From the NCBI GenBank assembly GCA_030833825.1, contig JAURGL010000001.1, positions 1 through 40,501 on the forward strand: a stretch of 40,501 nt of DNA, written 5' to 3'. This document shows positions 10,073 through 19,322 of this stretch, in pieces (within the stretch, counting starts at the first letter, position 1; each line of letters begins with the position of its first letter). Below the pieces are notes generated by a model. It had not been told where the DNA came from. It did not search any database and saw only the letters and a list, made by a program, of their open reading frames with translations. This stretch comes from Vulcanococcus sp. SFB_649D_100_25. Its GTDB lineage: Bacteria; Cyanobacteriota; Cyanobacteriia; PCC-6307; Cyanobiaceae. The position numbers and the translations under genes are program-made.

Positions 10073-11647
10073 ATGCGCTTGGGGGCCTCCGGTGGCATCG
10101 AGTTGGTGCTCCCCTTTGACGCGGTCACCCAGGCCCAGTTGAGGGCTGTGCGGCCCCGGGGCTTCTGGCGCTCACGGCAGGGCTGCTGGGAGTTCCCCCT
10201 CGAAGCTGCTCTGGTGCTGCGTCAGGGCTTTGGCCAGCGCTTCGCCCTCGATCCACAACTCGAGCAGTGGTGCAGCTGGCTGGAGCAGCCCCTGCCCCCC
10301 TTGCCCCCCCACCGTCAGCTGGTCGAGCTGGCTGAGCTGCGGCAGCCCCTGCCGGATGGACGTTGTTTGTTTGCCCATCAACGGGCGGCGGTCCGTTGGT
10401 TGTTGGCCCGCCGCGGGGCGGTGCTGGCCGATGCCATGGGGCTGGGTAAAACCCTCACCGCCTTGATGGCGGCCCGGGCGATGGTGCGGGCCGCCGATTG
10501 CCGCGTGGTGGTCATTGCCCCCACCGGTCTGCATCGCCACTGGTTGCAGGAGGCCGCGGCGCTGCAGCTGCAGATCGAGCTTCTCAGTTGGGCTGCGTTA
10601 CCGGCTGATCTCCCCCCCGCTGGCACGGTGCTCATCGCCGACGAGGCCCACTACGCCCAGAACCTGGCGGCGGCGCGGACCCGGTCATTCCTGCGCCTCG
10701 CTCGGCATCCCCGCCTGAGGGCCGCTTGGTTGTTGAGCGGCACCCCGATGAAAAATGGACGGCCCGCTCAGCTGTTTCCTCTGCTGGCGGCCATCGGCCA
10801 TCCATTGGCCCGCGATCAGAGAGCCTTTGAGGAGCGCTACTGCCAGGGGCATTGGCTGGAGCGTGACGGGGCGCGGCACTGGTCCGCCCAGGGCGCGACC
10901 CACCTGCCTGAGTTGCAGCGGCTTGTACGCCCCCTGCTGCTGCACCGGCGCAAAGAGGATTGCCTTGATCTGCCCCCCAAGCAGCGTCGCCTGTTGCCGG
11001 TTGCCCTTTCAGAGGCAGAGGGACAGGGCTTCCAGCACCGGCTGCAACTCAAGGTGGAGGACTACCGCCGCCGCGCCGCCGCTGGCCTGGTGCGCCGCGA
11101 TGCCGAGGCCCTAGCCGTGCTGACGGCCCTGCGTCAGATCGGAGCGGAGTACAAGCTCCCAGCGGCTCAAGCCTTGCTCGAGCCGCTCCTGGCCGATGGG
11201 GAATCGGTGGTTGTGTTCACGGCATTTGTGGCGGCCGCGGAGCTGCTGCACCAGCGCCTGGGCGGTGCCCTGCTCACGGGGCGCCTGCCCGCCGCTGACC
11301 GGCAGAGTCTCGTGGACCGTTTTCAGGGCGGTGTGGATCGGCTCTTGATCTGTACCTACGGAGTGGGCGGCCTGGGCTTCACCCTGCACCGGGCCCGCCA
11401 CGTGCTTCTGCTGGAACGCCCCTGGACGCCCGGTGATGCTGAACAGGCGGAAGATCGCTGCCACCGCATTGGGATGCAGTCGATGCTGCAGTGTCACTGG
11501 CTGCAGCTGGGGGTGGCGGACCAGCTGGTGGACGGCCTGATTGCCGATAAGGCAGAGCGCATTGCCCTGCTTCTCAATCGCGGGACCCAGCAGTTGCAGC
11601 GTCAGGCTTTGCCGAAGATGGTTCAGGAGCTGCTGGAGCGTTGGTGA
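10073..11647 (+). CDS. SNF2-family ATPase, SMARCAL1/HARP-like
   Basis: LADAMGLGKT (motif I), DEAH (II), LSGTP (III), QAEDRCHRIG (VI); short Trp-rich N-terminal domain; start uncertain (TTG 10025 or ATG 10073). Confidence 0.9.
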   Translation: MRLGASGGIELVLPFDAVTQAQLRAVRPRGFWRSRQGCWEFPLEAALVLRQGFGQRFALDPQLEQWCSWLEQPLPPLPPHRQLVELAELRQPLPDGRCLFAHQRAAVRWLLARRGAVLADAMGLGKTLTALMAARAMVRAADCRVVVIAPTGLHRHWLQEAAALQLQIELLSWAALPADLPPAGTVLIADEAHYAQNLAAARTRSFLRLARHPRLRAAWLLSGTPMKNGRPAQLFPLLAAIGHPLARDQRAFEERYCQGHWLERDGARHWSAQGATHLPELQRLVRPLLLHRRKEDCLDLPPKQRRLLPVALSEAEGQGFQHRLQLKVEDYRRRAAAGLVRRDAEALAVLTALRQIGAEYKLPAAQALLEPLLADGESVVVFTAFVAAAELLHQRLGGALLTGRLPAADRQSLVDRFQGGVDRLLICTYGVGGLGFTLHRARHVLLLERPWTPGDAEQAEDRCHRIGMQSMLQCHWLQLGVADQLVDGLIADKAERIALLLNRGTQQLQRQALPKMVQELLERW

Positions 11648-12026
11648 GCCGTTCGCAATTGCGGCGTCTCAACTCGATTTCATCCGCCATCAGCGGCTCG
11701 ATGCGGTGCTTCCCGCTGCGCAGGTCGGCTGCGGCCTGGAGGCTGTCTTTGCAGGCCTGCTGCGGCTGTCCCGCCAGCTTGAGCAGCAGAGCCCGTTCGT
11801 TGCGGGGTTGGGGATGGCCCGGGAAGGCCTCCACCACAGCGTTGCAGCGCTGGATCTGCGCGGGCAGCTGCGAGAGATCGACATTCCGCAGGCAGTCATC
11901 GAGCTGCGGTTTGTTCTCCCCGGGCTCCGGGGCTCCGCCGCAGCTGCTGAGGATCAGGGAGAGCGCACCCGCCCCGAGGGCTGTGGGCAGGGCCCGCAGG
12001 CCCCGGTGCTGGGAATGCGCCATCAA
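11574..12026 (-). CDS. Hypothetical lipoprotein, TPR-like helical repeat
   Basis: Lipobox-like LILSSC; CNAVVEAFPGHPQPRNERALLLKLAG helical repeat; 3' end overlaps the helicase gene. Confidence 0.7.
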   Translation of the reverse strand: MMAHSQHRGLRALPTALGAGALSLILSSCGGAPEPGENKPQLDDCLRNVDLSQLPAQIQRCNAVVEAFPGHPQPRNERALLLKLAGQPQQACKDSLQAAADLRSGKHRIEPLMADEIELRRRNCERLTNAPAAPEPSSAKPDAATAGSRD

Positions 12027-12029
12027 CCG

Positions 12030-12479
12030 TTAGTAGGCGTAGCGGTTGCCGCTGGTCGAGCCGCTGGCTGAACCCTTGGCTTCTGCGGCGCGCTTGGCAT
12101 CGGGATGGGGTTCGCCGGTCTTCTGCTCTTCCTCTGCCTTTTCGACCGCTTTGACGTAGAGGTCACCGAGGTATTTGCCGCAGTCGGGGTATTTCCCGGG
12201 ATCGGCCACCACCGCTTCGGTGATCATCACGGCAGCGTGCTCGGGGGAGGTCTTGAACATCGAAGCGCTCTGGCGCTTCACGGTGGCGTAAGCGGCTTTC
12301 CAGCTCACTTCGTGGTTGTTACCGCTGCTGCGCATGTAGCAATAGATCTGGGCACCCTTGGCGCCGGTGTCGGTGCCTGCCAGCGCTGCAGACGGCAGGG
12401 CAGCCCAGCCCAGAGCCGCAAGGGGAAGGGCCGCAAGCAGCCGGCCGAGGTGGCTGCGGTGGGTCGCAGGGCGAAGCAT
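12030..12479 (-). CDS. Conserved picocyanobacterial exported protein (DUF6554-like)
   Basis: Signal peptide ending ALA; GAQIYCYMRSSGNNHEVSWKAAY...FKTSPEHAAVMITEAVV...YPDCGKYLGDL; start uncertain (12479 or 12512). Confidence 0.8.
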   Translation of the reverse strand: MLRPATHRSHLGRLLAALPLAALGWAALPSAALAGTDTGAKGAQIYCYMRSSGNNHEVSWKAAYATVKRQSASMFKTSPEHAAVMITEAVVADPGKYPDCGKYLGDLYVKAVEKAEEEQKTGEPHPDAKRAAEAKGSASGSTSGNRYAY

Positions 12480-12548
12480 TCGAAACCGTGGGGAATCCTT
12501 GTGGTGACCCACCGTATCGAGCGTTGCCGGTGGGATCCAGTGCTCCGG

Positions 12549-13073
12549 TTAAGCCGCTGGCGGTGGCAGGTTGCCGTGGCCCAGCAGCAACCGAACTGCC
12601 AGGGGAAGCACCAGGAGGACGGTGATCAGACGGACGGCATGCAGGGCTGCCACGGCTGCCCCTACCCCAAATTCCGCCCCCACCAGGCTCATCCCGCTGA
12701 TGCCACCCGGAGCTGCCCCCAGCAGGGCAACCAGGGGATCCATCCCCAGAAGGCGGCTGCACCACAGCCCCACCACAAGGCCTGTCATCACCAGGGTGAG
12801 GGTGATCAAGAGGGCTGGTTTCCAGAGCTGACGCAGCTCTCCGAGGGCTGCACCCGTGAGCCCGGTGCCGATCACGGTGCCGATGCCGATTTCCAGGGCT
12901 GTGCGGGTCCCGCTGGGCCAGTCAGCAACGCTCAGCTTGCCGCTCACACTCAGCAGGGCTGCCCCCAGGATGGCGCCGGCCAACGGTGCAGCGGGGATGC
13001 CGGTCCGCAGGGCCAGCAGTCCGCCCGTGAGCCCGGCCAGCAGGTAGGCCAGCAGGTGCAAGCTGGCGGGCAT
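12549..13073 (-). CDS. AbrB family membrane protein (AidB-regulator type, not the DNA-binding AbrB)
   Basis: Multiple TM helices, GIPAAPLAGA, EIGIGTVIG, LGAAPGGISGMSL, HAVRL. Confidence 0.88.
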   Translation of the reverse strand: MPASLHLLAYLLAGLTGGLLALRTGIPAAPLAGAILGAALLSVSGKLSVADWPSGTRTALEIGIGTVIGTGLTGAALGELRQLWKPALLITLTLVMTGLVVGLWCSRLLGMDPLVALLGAAPGGISGMSLVGAEFGVGAAVAALHAVRLITVLLVLPLAVRLLLGHGNLPPPAA

Positions 13074-13170
13074 GGAGATCGGCCGTGGATACGGCGACAA
13101 GTTTGCTTCGCCCCCTGCCCTTGAGAAGAGCCTGTGGCTGTGGTGTCATCGGGCCAGTTGAACGATCTTC

Positions 13171-13443
13171 ATGGCCAGCGAGTCCGTGTCCTTTCGGATC
13201 ACCCGCACCACAGAAGACCTTGCCCAGACCGTGGCTGCCCTGTCCCAGCGCCTGGTGAAGTTGGAGCAGCGCCTGGGCTCCTTGGAGTTGCAGGTGGATC
13301 AGGTCAGCAGTGCTGAGCCGCCCGACCCTGAGCAGCTTGTGCGGCTCGACAACGTCGCCAGCCTGCTTGCTGATTGCCGCAGCCTGCTCGAGGAGCCCGC
13401 AGGGTTTGTGAATCCTCACGAGGATGAGGCCTTGGCTGCCTAG
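13171..13443 (+). CDS. Hypothetical coiled-coil protein
   Basis: SFRITRTTEDLAQTVAALSQRLVKLEQRL heptad pattern; ATG start; fills the intergenic space. Confidence 0.8.
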   Translation: MASESVSFRITRTTEDLAQTVAALSQRLVKLEQRLGSLELQVDQVSSAEPPDPEQLVRLDNVASLLADCRSLLEEPAGFVNPHEDEALAA

Positions 13444-13480
13444 GGCTTGCGCACTTGCCACAATGGGAAGAAAGCGAATC

Positions 13481-13696
13481 ATGGCCTTCTCCAATAGCCA
13501 TCGTGCCGCCCCTGCAGTGGCCTCCGCAGGAACTCCGGCTTGCCAGCAGCGCGCCTTCGCTGAAGGTGGTCACCAACTCGAGAAGCTGGAATTTGCCCTT
13601 GCGGTGGCGATCACCCGCGGGGACGCCCAAAAGGTTCAACAGCTGCGGGAGCAGATTGCAGCCCTGGGGGGCAATCGCGAGGAACCAGGCACCTGA
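13481..13696 (+). CDS. Hypothetical protein (71 aa)
   Basis: CQQRAFAEGGHQLEKLEFALAVAITRGD...LREQIAALGGNREEPGT; ATG 13481 chosen. Confidence 0.75.
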   Translation: MAFSNSHRAAPAVASAGTPACQQRAFAEGGHQLEKLEFALAVAITRGDAQKVQQLREQIAALGGNREEPGT

Positions 13697-13786
13697 ATCG
13701 CTGCGGTTCGGTGTCTCAATGCTGACCGGATTGGTCAGGTCAGATAGGTGTGACCGTTAAAGTTGCGGAACGCGAAAAATCAATAC

Positions 13787-13996
13787 GTGCAAGCGACTAA
13801 TCCGACGACGGCCGTTTCGGTGCGACGCGAAGACTTACTGAAGGCGGCGGCGGCCTTCGAAGCAGCTGCAGAGCAAGCCGCCTCCAGTGGTCTGATTGCG
13901 GAGTCTGCCCGTGAAATTTTGCGCGCCCTTGATTGTGAGCGCCGTGCCGGCAGTGTGGGCCCTCAGGTCTTGCAGCTGATCAAGCCGCGCGCCTGA
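13787..13996 (+). CDS. Hypothetical protein (69 aa)
   Basis: GTG start; SAREILRALDCERRAGSVGPQVLQLIKPR. Confidence 0.7.
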   Translation: MQATNPTTAVSVRREDLLKAAAAFEAAAEQAASSGLIAESAREILRALDCERRAGSVGPQVLQLIKPRA

Positions 13997-14011
13997 TCCA
14001 GAAATTATCGA

Positions 14012-14083
14012 AGCGGGTGACCGGGCTCGAACCGGCGACGTTCAGCTTGGGAAGCTGACATTCTACCACTGAATTACACCCGC
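14012..14083 (-). tRNA. tRNA-Gly (CCC)
   Basis: GCGGGTGTAATTCAGTGGTAGAATGTCAGCTTCCCAAGCTGAACGTCGCCGGTTCGAGCCCGGTCACCCGCT; 7-bp acceptor stem, CCC anticodon, GGTTCGA T-loop, no encoded CCA. Confidence 0.98.
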
Positions 14084-14140
14084 AAATTAACAAGAATTGG
14101 CGCAATGTGTCGCCGTTTCTTGTTGGCAAAACGATAGCAA

Positions 14141-14165
14141 GGGATCCGCCCCTTAGGCGGATCCC
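14141..14165 (-). terminator. Hairpin downstream of the aminotransferase gene, probable terminator
   Basis: GGGATCCGCC-CCTTA-GGCGGATCCC perfect 10-bp stem, followed on the minus strand by TTGCTATCGTTTT. Confidence 0.65.
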
Positions 14166-14181
14166 CGCGTTGCTTGCCTGA

Positions 14182-15333
14182 TCAGCCGGCCAGGGCTGCT
14201 GCGCAGGCAGCCACCCCTGAGCCTGGGGTGCCCTGGTGGAGCCCCAGTTCCTGCAGGGTGGCTTCGATTGCGGCCACGGCGGTCAGCACATCGCGATCGC
14301 AGACAAATCCCAGGTGGCCAATCCGGAAAACTTTGCCCTTGAGGTGGTCCTGGCCACCGGCCAAGAGAATGTCAAAGCGATCTTTCACCTTCTTGCGAAG
14401 GGCCTCGGCGTCGATCCCTGCGGGTGCAACGGCGGTGATGGCCGGGCTGCCGTAGCCATCGGCTGCATAGAGGGGCAGGCCGATCGCCTTCATCCCGGCC
14501 TGGGCCGCAGCGCGGTGGCGGGCATGGCGGGCGAAGATCGCCTCCAGGCCTTCGGACTGCATCATCTCCAGGGCCGCCTCAAGGGCGAAGTAGAGGTTGA
14601 TCGCCGGAGTGAAGGGGTTGCTGTTGGCGTGGGCTGATTTGCGGTACTTGCCCAGGTCCAGATAGAACTTCGGCAGGTCGGAGCGGCTGTAGGCCTCCCA
14701 GGCCCGCTCGCTCACGGCCACGAAGGCCAGGCCCGGCGGCATCATGTAGCCCTTCTGGGAGCCGGATCCGATCACGTCGATGCCCCAGGCATCCATCGGC
14801 ACGTTGCAGGCCCCGAGGCTGGTGACACAGTCGGCGATGGTCAGAGCTGTGCCATGGGCTTTGACGTGCTTGGCGATGGTCTCCAGGTCATTGATCACGC
14901 CCGTGGAGGTTTCCGAGTGGGTCAGGATCACGGCCTTGATCGCCTTGGCGCTGTCGGCTTCCAGGGCGGTGCGGAAGGCTTCGGGATCAAGGGGTTGGCC
15001 CCATTCGGCCTTGATCACCTGCACGTCCAGGCCGTAGGCCTGGGCCACCTTCACCCAGCGCTCACCGAACTTCCCGTTGTCGCCGCAGAGAACCTTGTCG
15101 CCTTTGCTCAGCACGTTGATGATCCCGGCCTCCATGGCTGAGGTGCCGCTGCCGGTGATCACCAGCACGTCGTTGCTGGTCTGGTGCAGCCACTTCAGCT
15201 GAGCCGTGGTGCGCTCAACAATTTTCTGGAAATCAGCGCTGCGGTGGCCGATGGGATGGCGTCCCATGGCCTGCAGGACGCTCTCCGGCACAGGGGTCGG
15301 GCCGGGAATCATCAGGGTGAGCTTGTCCTGCAT
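14182..15333 (-). CDS. Class V PLP aminotransferase (serine-pyruvate / alanine-glyoxylate type, 'soluble hydrogenase 42 kDa subunit' family)
   Basis: MQDKLTLMIPGPTPVP, HSETSTGV, DCVTS, SGSQKGYMMPPG (PLP lysine), FRIGHLG. Confidence 0.93.
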   Translation of the reverse strand: MQDKLTLMIPGPTPVPESVLQAMGRHPIGHRSADFQKIVERTTAQLKWLHQTSNDVLVITGSGTSAMEAGIINVLSKGDKVLCGDNGKFGERWVKVAQAYGLDVQVIKAEWGQPLDPEAFRTALEADSAKAIKAVILTHSETSTGVINDLETIAKHVKAHGTALTIADCVTSLGACNVPMDAWGIDVIGSGSQKGYMMPPGLAFVAVSERAWEAYSRSDLPKFYLDLGKYRKSAHANSNPFTPAINLYFALEAALEMMQSEGLEAIFARHARHRAAAQAGMKAIGLPLYAADGYGSPAITAVAPAGIDAEALRKKVKDRFDILLAGGQDHLKGKVFRIGHLGFVCDRDVLTAVAAIEATLQELGLHQGTPGSGVAACAAALAG

Positions 15334-15433
15334 GGTGTGGCGACTGGGGCGGTGAATGAGGCGATCGCTGCCCGGTGACCCAGCAGCGCAATCGACCAAC
15401 ATAAAAAACGGACCCCACCCGCCCCATTCCTCC

Positions 15434-16546
15434 ATGGCAGAAAGCGGCTACACCTTGCCGGTGTGGGTGGCGGCGGCGGCGGTGGCCGCCCTGAACCAGT
15501 TGAACGGAGAGCCGTTCGAACCCACGGTGCAGTTACGTCTGGATCCGGGTGAGGTCACAGGCACGGCCATCCCGGTGCAGGCGGCCGCACGGCTGGGGGC
15601 TGACCGTGCCCTGGCCACGACCCGTTGCAATCCCGGTGATCTGTTGGATCTCACCCGAGGCCTGCCGATTTGGGTGGAGGCCAGTTGGATGGCCCTGGAG
15701 GCTGGTCGGCCCTGGCTGCTGTTGGAGCCCGGTGAGGGGGTTGGCGTGGTGGAGGCCACGGGCCAGATGTGCGTTTCGGGCTATGCCCGGGACTTGCTGG
15801 AGCGCAATCTGCAGCCCTTGCTGCCTGATCAGCAGGGGCTGCGGCTCACAGTGACGTTCCCCGGCGGCAGTGCGCTGGATGAGCGCACCAGCAATGCTGC
15901 CTTTGGGGTGGTGGATGGGCTGGCGCTGATCGGCACCCAGGCGGAGGTGCAGCGCAGTGCTGCCCCGGATCAGCTGGCGGCGGTGCGGGCCGAGCTTGAG
16001 CGCCGCGCCCTCCAACCCGGCGGTTCCCCGGATCTGGTGCTGGTGATCGGAGAGAACGGCCTGGATCTGGCCCCGCAGCTGGGGCTGCCGCCGGCGCTGC
16101 TGCTCAAGGCGGGCAACTGGCTCGGACCGGCCCTGGTGGCGGCGGCGGAGCAGGGGGTGCGCCGGCTGCTGCTGCTGGGCTACCAGGGCAAGTTGATCAA
16201 GCTGGCGGGCGGGATCTTCCACACCCACCACCATCTGGCCGATGGGCGTCTGGAGATCCTTGCGGCTCAAGCCGCTCTTCAGGGCTTGCCCCTCGAGCAG
16301 GTCCAGGCGTTGGCCAGCGCCTTGAGCGTGGATGAGGCCCTGGGCGCCCTAGCTCAGCGGGATCCTGGCGCGGCTCAGTCCCTGGTGAACCGAGTCGCCA
16401 CAGTGATTGAGCAGCGCTCTCAGCAGTATCTGGGCCGCCACAGTGATCAGCGTCTGCAGTTGGGGGCGGTGCTGTTCGACCGGTCCCGCCGGATCAGTGC
16501 CTCCGGTCCCCAGGGACATCAGTTGCTGGAGGCCTTTCGGGCCTGA
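15434..16546 (+). CDS. cbiD: Cobalt-precorrin-5B C1-methyltransferase
   Basis: GYTLPVW, DLTRGL, RTSNAAFGVVDGLALIGT, GNWLG, GKLIKLAGGIFHTHHHLADGR. Confidence 0.95.
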   Translation: MAESGYTLPVWVAAAAVAALNQLNGEPFEPTVQLRLDPGEVTGTAIPVQAAARLGADRALATTRCNPGDLLDLTRGLPIWVEASWMALEAGRPWLLLEPGEGVGVVEATGQMCVSGYARDLLERNLQPLLPDQQGLRLTVTFPGGSALDERTSNAAFGVVDGLALIGTQAEVQRSAAPDQLAAVRAELERRALQPGGSPDLVLVIGENGLDLAPQLGLPPALLLKAGNWLGPALVAAAEQGVRRLLLLGYQGKLIKLAGGIFHTHHHLADGRLEILAAQAALQGLPLEQVQALASALSVDEALGALAQRDPGAAQSLVNRVATVIEQRSQQYLGRHSDQRLQLGAVLFDRSRRISASGPQGHQLLEAFRA

Positions 16547-16592
16547 GATCTAGGGTGAAGTCAACGCCCGGGCCACAGCTGCTGGCCGCTTC

Positions 16593-18188
16593 ATGTCAGA
16601 CGTGAACCCCACTGCCATCGGTGAAACCAATCGCCATCCAGCGATTGTGATCCTTGATTTCGGCTCGCAATATTCCGAATTGATCGCCCGGCGGGTGAGG
16701 GAAACCGAGGTGTATTCCCTGGTGATGGGTTACAGCACCACCGCGGCTGAACTCAAGGCGATCAACCCCAAGGGGATCATCCTCAGCGGCGGCCCCAGCT
16801 CGGTCTATGCCGAACACGCTCCGGTCTGTGATCCCGCGATCTGGGATCTCGGCATTCCTGTGCTCGGTGTCTGCTACGGCATGCAGCTCATGGTGCAGCA
16901 GTTGGGTGGCTCCGTGGTGGCCGCTGGCCGCGCTGAATACGGCAAAGCTCCGCTGTATGTCGACGACCCCACCGATCTGCTCACCAACGTCGACGAAGGC
17001 TCGACGATGTGGATGAGCCATGGCGACTCGGTGGAGCGGTTGCCTGAAGGGTTTGTCCGCCTGGCTCACACCGACAACACCCCTGAAGCCGCCGTCGCCC
17101 ATCACAACCGCAGGCTGTATGGCGTCCAGTTCCATCCGGAGGTGGTGCATTCCATCTGCGGCATGGCCCTGATCCGCAATTTCGTTTATCACGTTTGCGG
17201 TTGCCTGCCGGATTGGACCACGGCGGCCTTCATCGATGAGGCGGTGGCCGATGTTCGCCGTCAGGTGGGTGATAAGCGAGTTCTGCTGGCCCTCTCCGGG
17301 GGGGTTGACTCCTCCACCCTCGCCTTCCTGTTGCACAAGGCGATCGGGGATCAGCTCACCTGCATGTTTATTGACCAGGGCTTCATGCGGAAGGGTGAGC
17401 CCGAGTTTTTGGTGGAGTTCTTTGATAAGCGTTTCCACATCAATGTGGAATACATCAACGCCCGTGAGCGCTTTATCAACAAGCTCTCCGGGATCACGGA
17501 TCCCGAGGAGAAGCGCAAGCTGATCGGGACGGAATTCATCCGCGTCTTCGAAGAGGAGAGCAAGCGACTTGGACCCTTTGATTACCTCGCTCAGGGAACC
17601 CTCTATCCCGATGTGATCGAGAGCGCCGGGACCAACGTTGACCCCAAGACTGGCGAACGGGTGGCGGTGAAGATCAAGAGCCACCACAACGTCGGTGGTC
17701 TGCCGAAGGATCTTCAGTTCAAGTTGGTGGAACCCCTGCGCCGTCTGTTTAAGGACGAAGTGCGCAAGGTGGGACGAACCCTGGGCTTGCCCGAGGAAAT
17801 CGTGGGTCGTCATCCCTTCCCAGGCCCTGGCCTGGCGATCCGCATCCTCGGAGAGGTGAGCGACGAGAAGCTCAACATCCTTCGTGATGCTGACCTGATC
17901 GTGCGAGAAGAGATCAAGGCCGCTGGCCTGTATCACGACATCTGGCAGGCGTTCGCCGTGCTCCTTCCGGTTCGCAGCGTCGGGGTCATGGGTGACAAGC
18001 GCACCTACGCCTTCCCGGTGGTGCTCCGCTGCGTGTCCTCGGAAGACGGGATGACCGCGGATTGGTCCCGCCTGCCCTACGACCTGCTGGAGAAGATCTC
18101 CAACCGCATCGTCAATGAGGTGAAGGGCGTGAACCGGGTGGTGTTGGACATCACCAGCAAGCCCCCCGGAACGATCGAGTGGGAGTAG
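16593..18188 (+). CDS. guaA: GMP synthase (glutamine-hydrolysing)
   Basis: [50 protein letters not shown]. Confidence 0.99.
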   Translation: MSDVNPTAIGETNRHPAIVILDFGSQYSELIARRVRETEVYSLVMGYSTTAAELKAINPKGIILSGGPSSVYAEHAPVCDPAIWDLGIPVLGVCYGMQLMVQQLGGSVVAAGRAEYGKAPLYVDDPTDLLTNVDEGSTMWMSHGDSVERLPEGFVRLAHTDNTPEAAVAHHNRRLYGVQFHPEVVHSICGMALIRNFVYHVCGCLPDWTTAAFIDEAVADVRRQVGDKRVLLALSGGVDSSTLAFLLHKAIGDQLTCMFIDQGFMRKGEPEFLVEFFDKRFHINVEYINARERFINKLSGITDPEEKRKLIGTEFIRVFEEESKRLGPFDYLAQGTLYPDVIESAGTNVDPKTGERVAVKIKSHHNVGGLPKDLQFKLVEPLRRLFKDEVRKVGRTLGLPEEIVGRHPFPGPGLAIRILGEVSDEKLNILRDADLIVREEIKAAGLYHDIWQAFAVLLPVRSVGVMGDKRTYAFPVVLRCVSSEDGMTADWSRLPYDLLEKISNRIVNEVKGVNRVVLDITSKPPGTIEWE

Positions 18189-18249
18189 GGCCCTTGCGCT
18201 AGCGGGGACCGAGGGACTCCGTTACCCTCGGGGCCCCGGCCCAGGAGCC

Positions 18250-18873
18250 TTGACCGCCGCCCCCCAGCAGGACCTCCAGCTGCAGCGCCGTCTGCAGCAG
18301 GACAGCATTCATCTGGCTGGCAAGGTCATTTATCTGAACCCGTTTCTGTACTGGCGACGGTTCGACGCCAATACAGATCGCTGGTTGCGTGAACCGGGTC
18401 AGTTGGCTGAAGACCAGATCACGGCCAATCGCCTGCGCTTCTACCCGGAGCTCGACTGGGATCTCCTCAACGATGACGACCGTGCCATCAAGGACGGGGC
18501 CGTTGAGATGTTCCTCAAGAGCCTCGAGCTGATCAGCACCTTCAACCCCGATCTCACCCCAGGGCAGTTGCTGGAGGTCGAGCGGAAAATGGCGGTCACC
18601 AAGAAGCGCGCCTTTGAGCGCTGGGTGGCCAAGTCCCTGAAACGCCGTCAGCAGAAGCAGGCCAGCGAGCGCCGTCGCTTCGATCGCGAGCGTCTCTTGC
18701 GTGACTGGGGCGAGTGGATGGTGTTGCCGGTGACCCGGCAGGCGTTGCTGCCACTCTCCGCTCTGATGGTGATCGCCGTTGGGGCTGGCTGGTGGCTGGG
18801 ATCGCAGCAGTTCTGCCGGCAGCAGATCGTTCAGCCTGCCGTGGAGCGTTCCGCCGGTGCGGCCCTCCCCTGA
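18250..18873 (+). CDS. Conserved hypothetical protein with C-terminal TM helix
   Basis: TTG start; YLNPFLYWRRFDANTDRWLREPGQ; gene-like codon usage. Confidence 0.85.
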   Translation: MTAAPQQDLQLQRRLQQDSIHLAGKVIYLNPFLYWRRFDANTDRWLREPGQLAEDQITANRLRFYPELDWDLLNDDDRAIKDGAVEMFLKSLELISTFNPDLTPGQLLEVERKMAVTKKRAFERWVAKSLKRRQQKQASERRRFDRERLLRDWGEWMVLPVTRQALLPLSALMVIAVGAGWWLGSQQFCRQQIVQPAVERSAGAALP

Positions 18874-18933
18874 AGACTCACGTTTTTGGCGGCAGGCGCC
18901 AAACTGAGCTCAACGTCCTTGCCCGGTTGCCCC

Positions 18934-19317
18934 ATGGGTTCTGATCCCCTCGACAGCCTGCGCCTCGCCCTGATGCAGGACGTGCTGCCCGTGGGACTGG
19001 CGGTGGTGGAGCGGGTCCGGCGCGGTGGTGCCCGAGACGTGGCCGATGTCCTCGGGCAGGGGCCTGATGCGCTGGGTCAACTCCGCGAGGAGGGTGAAGA
19101 CGCCGCCAGGGAGGTGCGCGAACGGCTGGATCGCATCCAACCTGGCCTCGGAAATCCCGTGATGAAGGTGGACGTCAAGGACGTGCCGATGCCCGTGAGC
19201 CTGGGCGACGATCCAACCCAGCCCGCCGGTGACGATCGAGCGGAGCTGCAGCTGAGCCTGGCCCGCATCTCCGAGAGGTTGTCCTTGCTGGAGCAACGCC
19301 TCACTCCAGGGAGCTGA
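18934..19317 (+). CDS. Conserved hypothetical protein upstream of mrdA
   Basis: LMQDVLPVGLAVVERVRRGG...PGLGNPVMKV, C-terminal coiled coil. Confidence 0.82.
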   Translation: MGSDPLDSLRLALMQDVLPVGLAVVERVRRGGARDVADVLGQGPDALGQLREEGEDAAREVRERLDRIQPGLGNPVMKVDVKDVPMPVSLGDDPTQPAGDDRAELQLSLARISERLSLLEQRLTPGS

Positions 19318-19322
19318 TCGCC

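Noticed and set aside
8169-14083. Possible genomic island integrated at tRNA-Gly
   Set aside because: No integrase or transposase, no duplicated tRNA 3' end found by eye, and composition similar to the flanks
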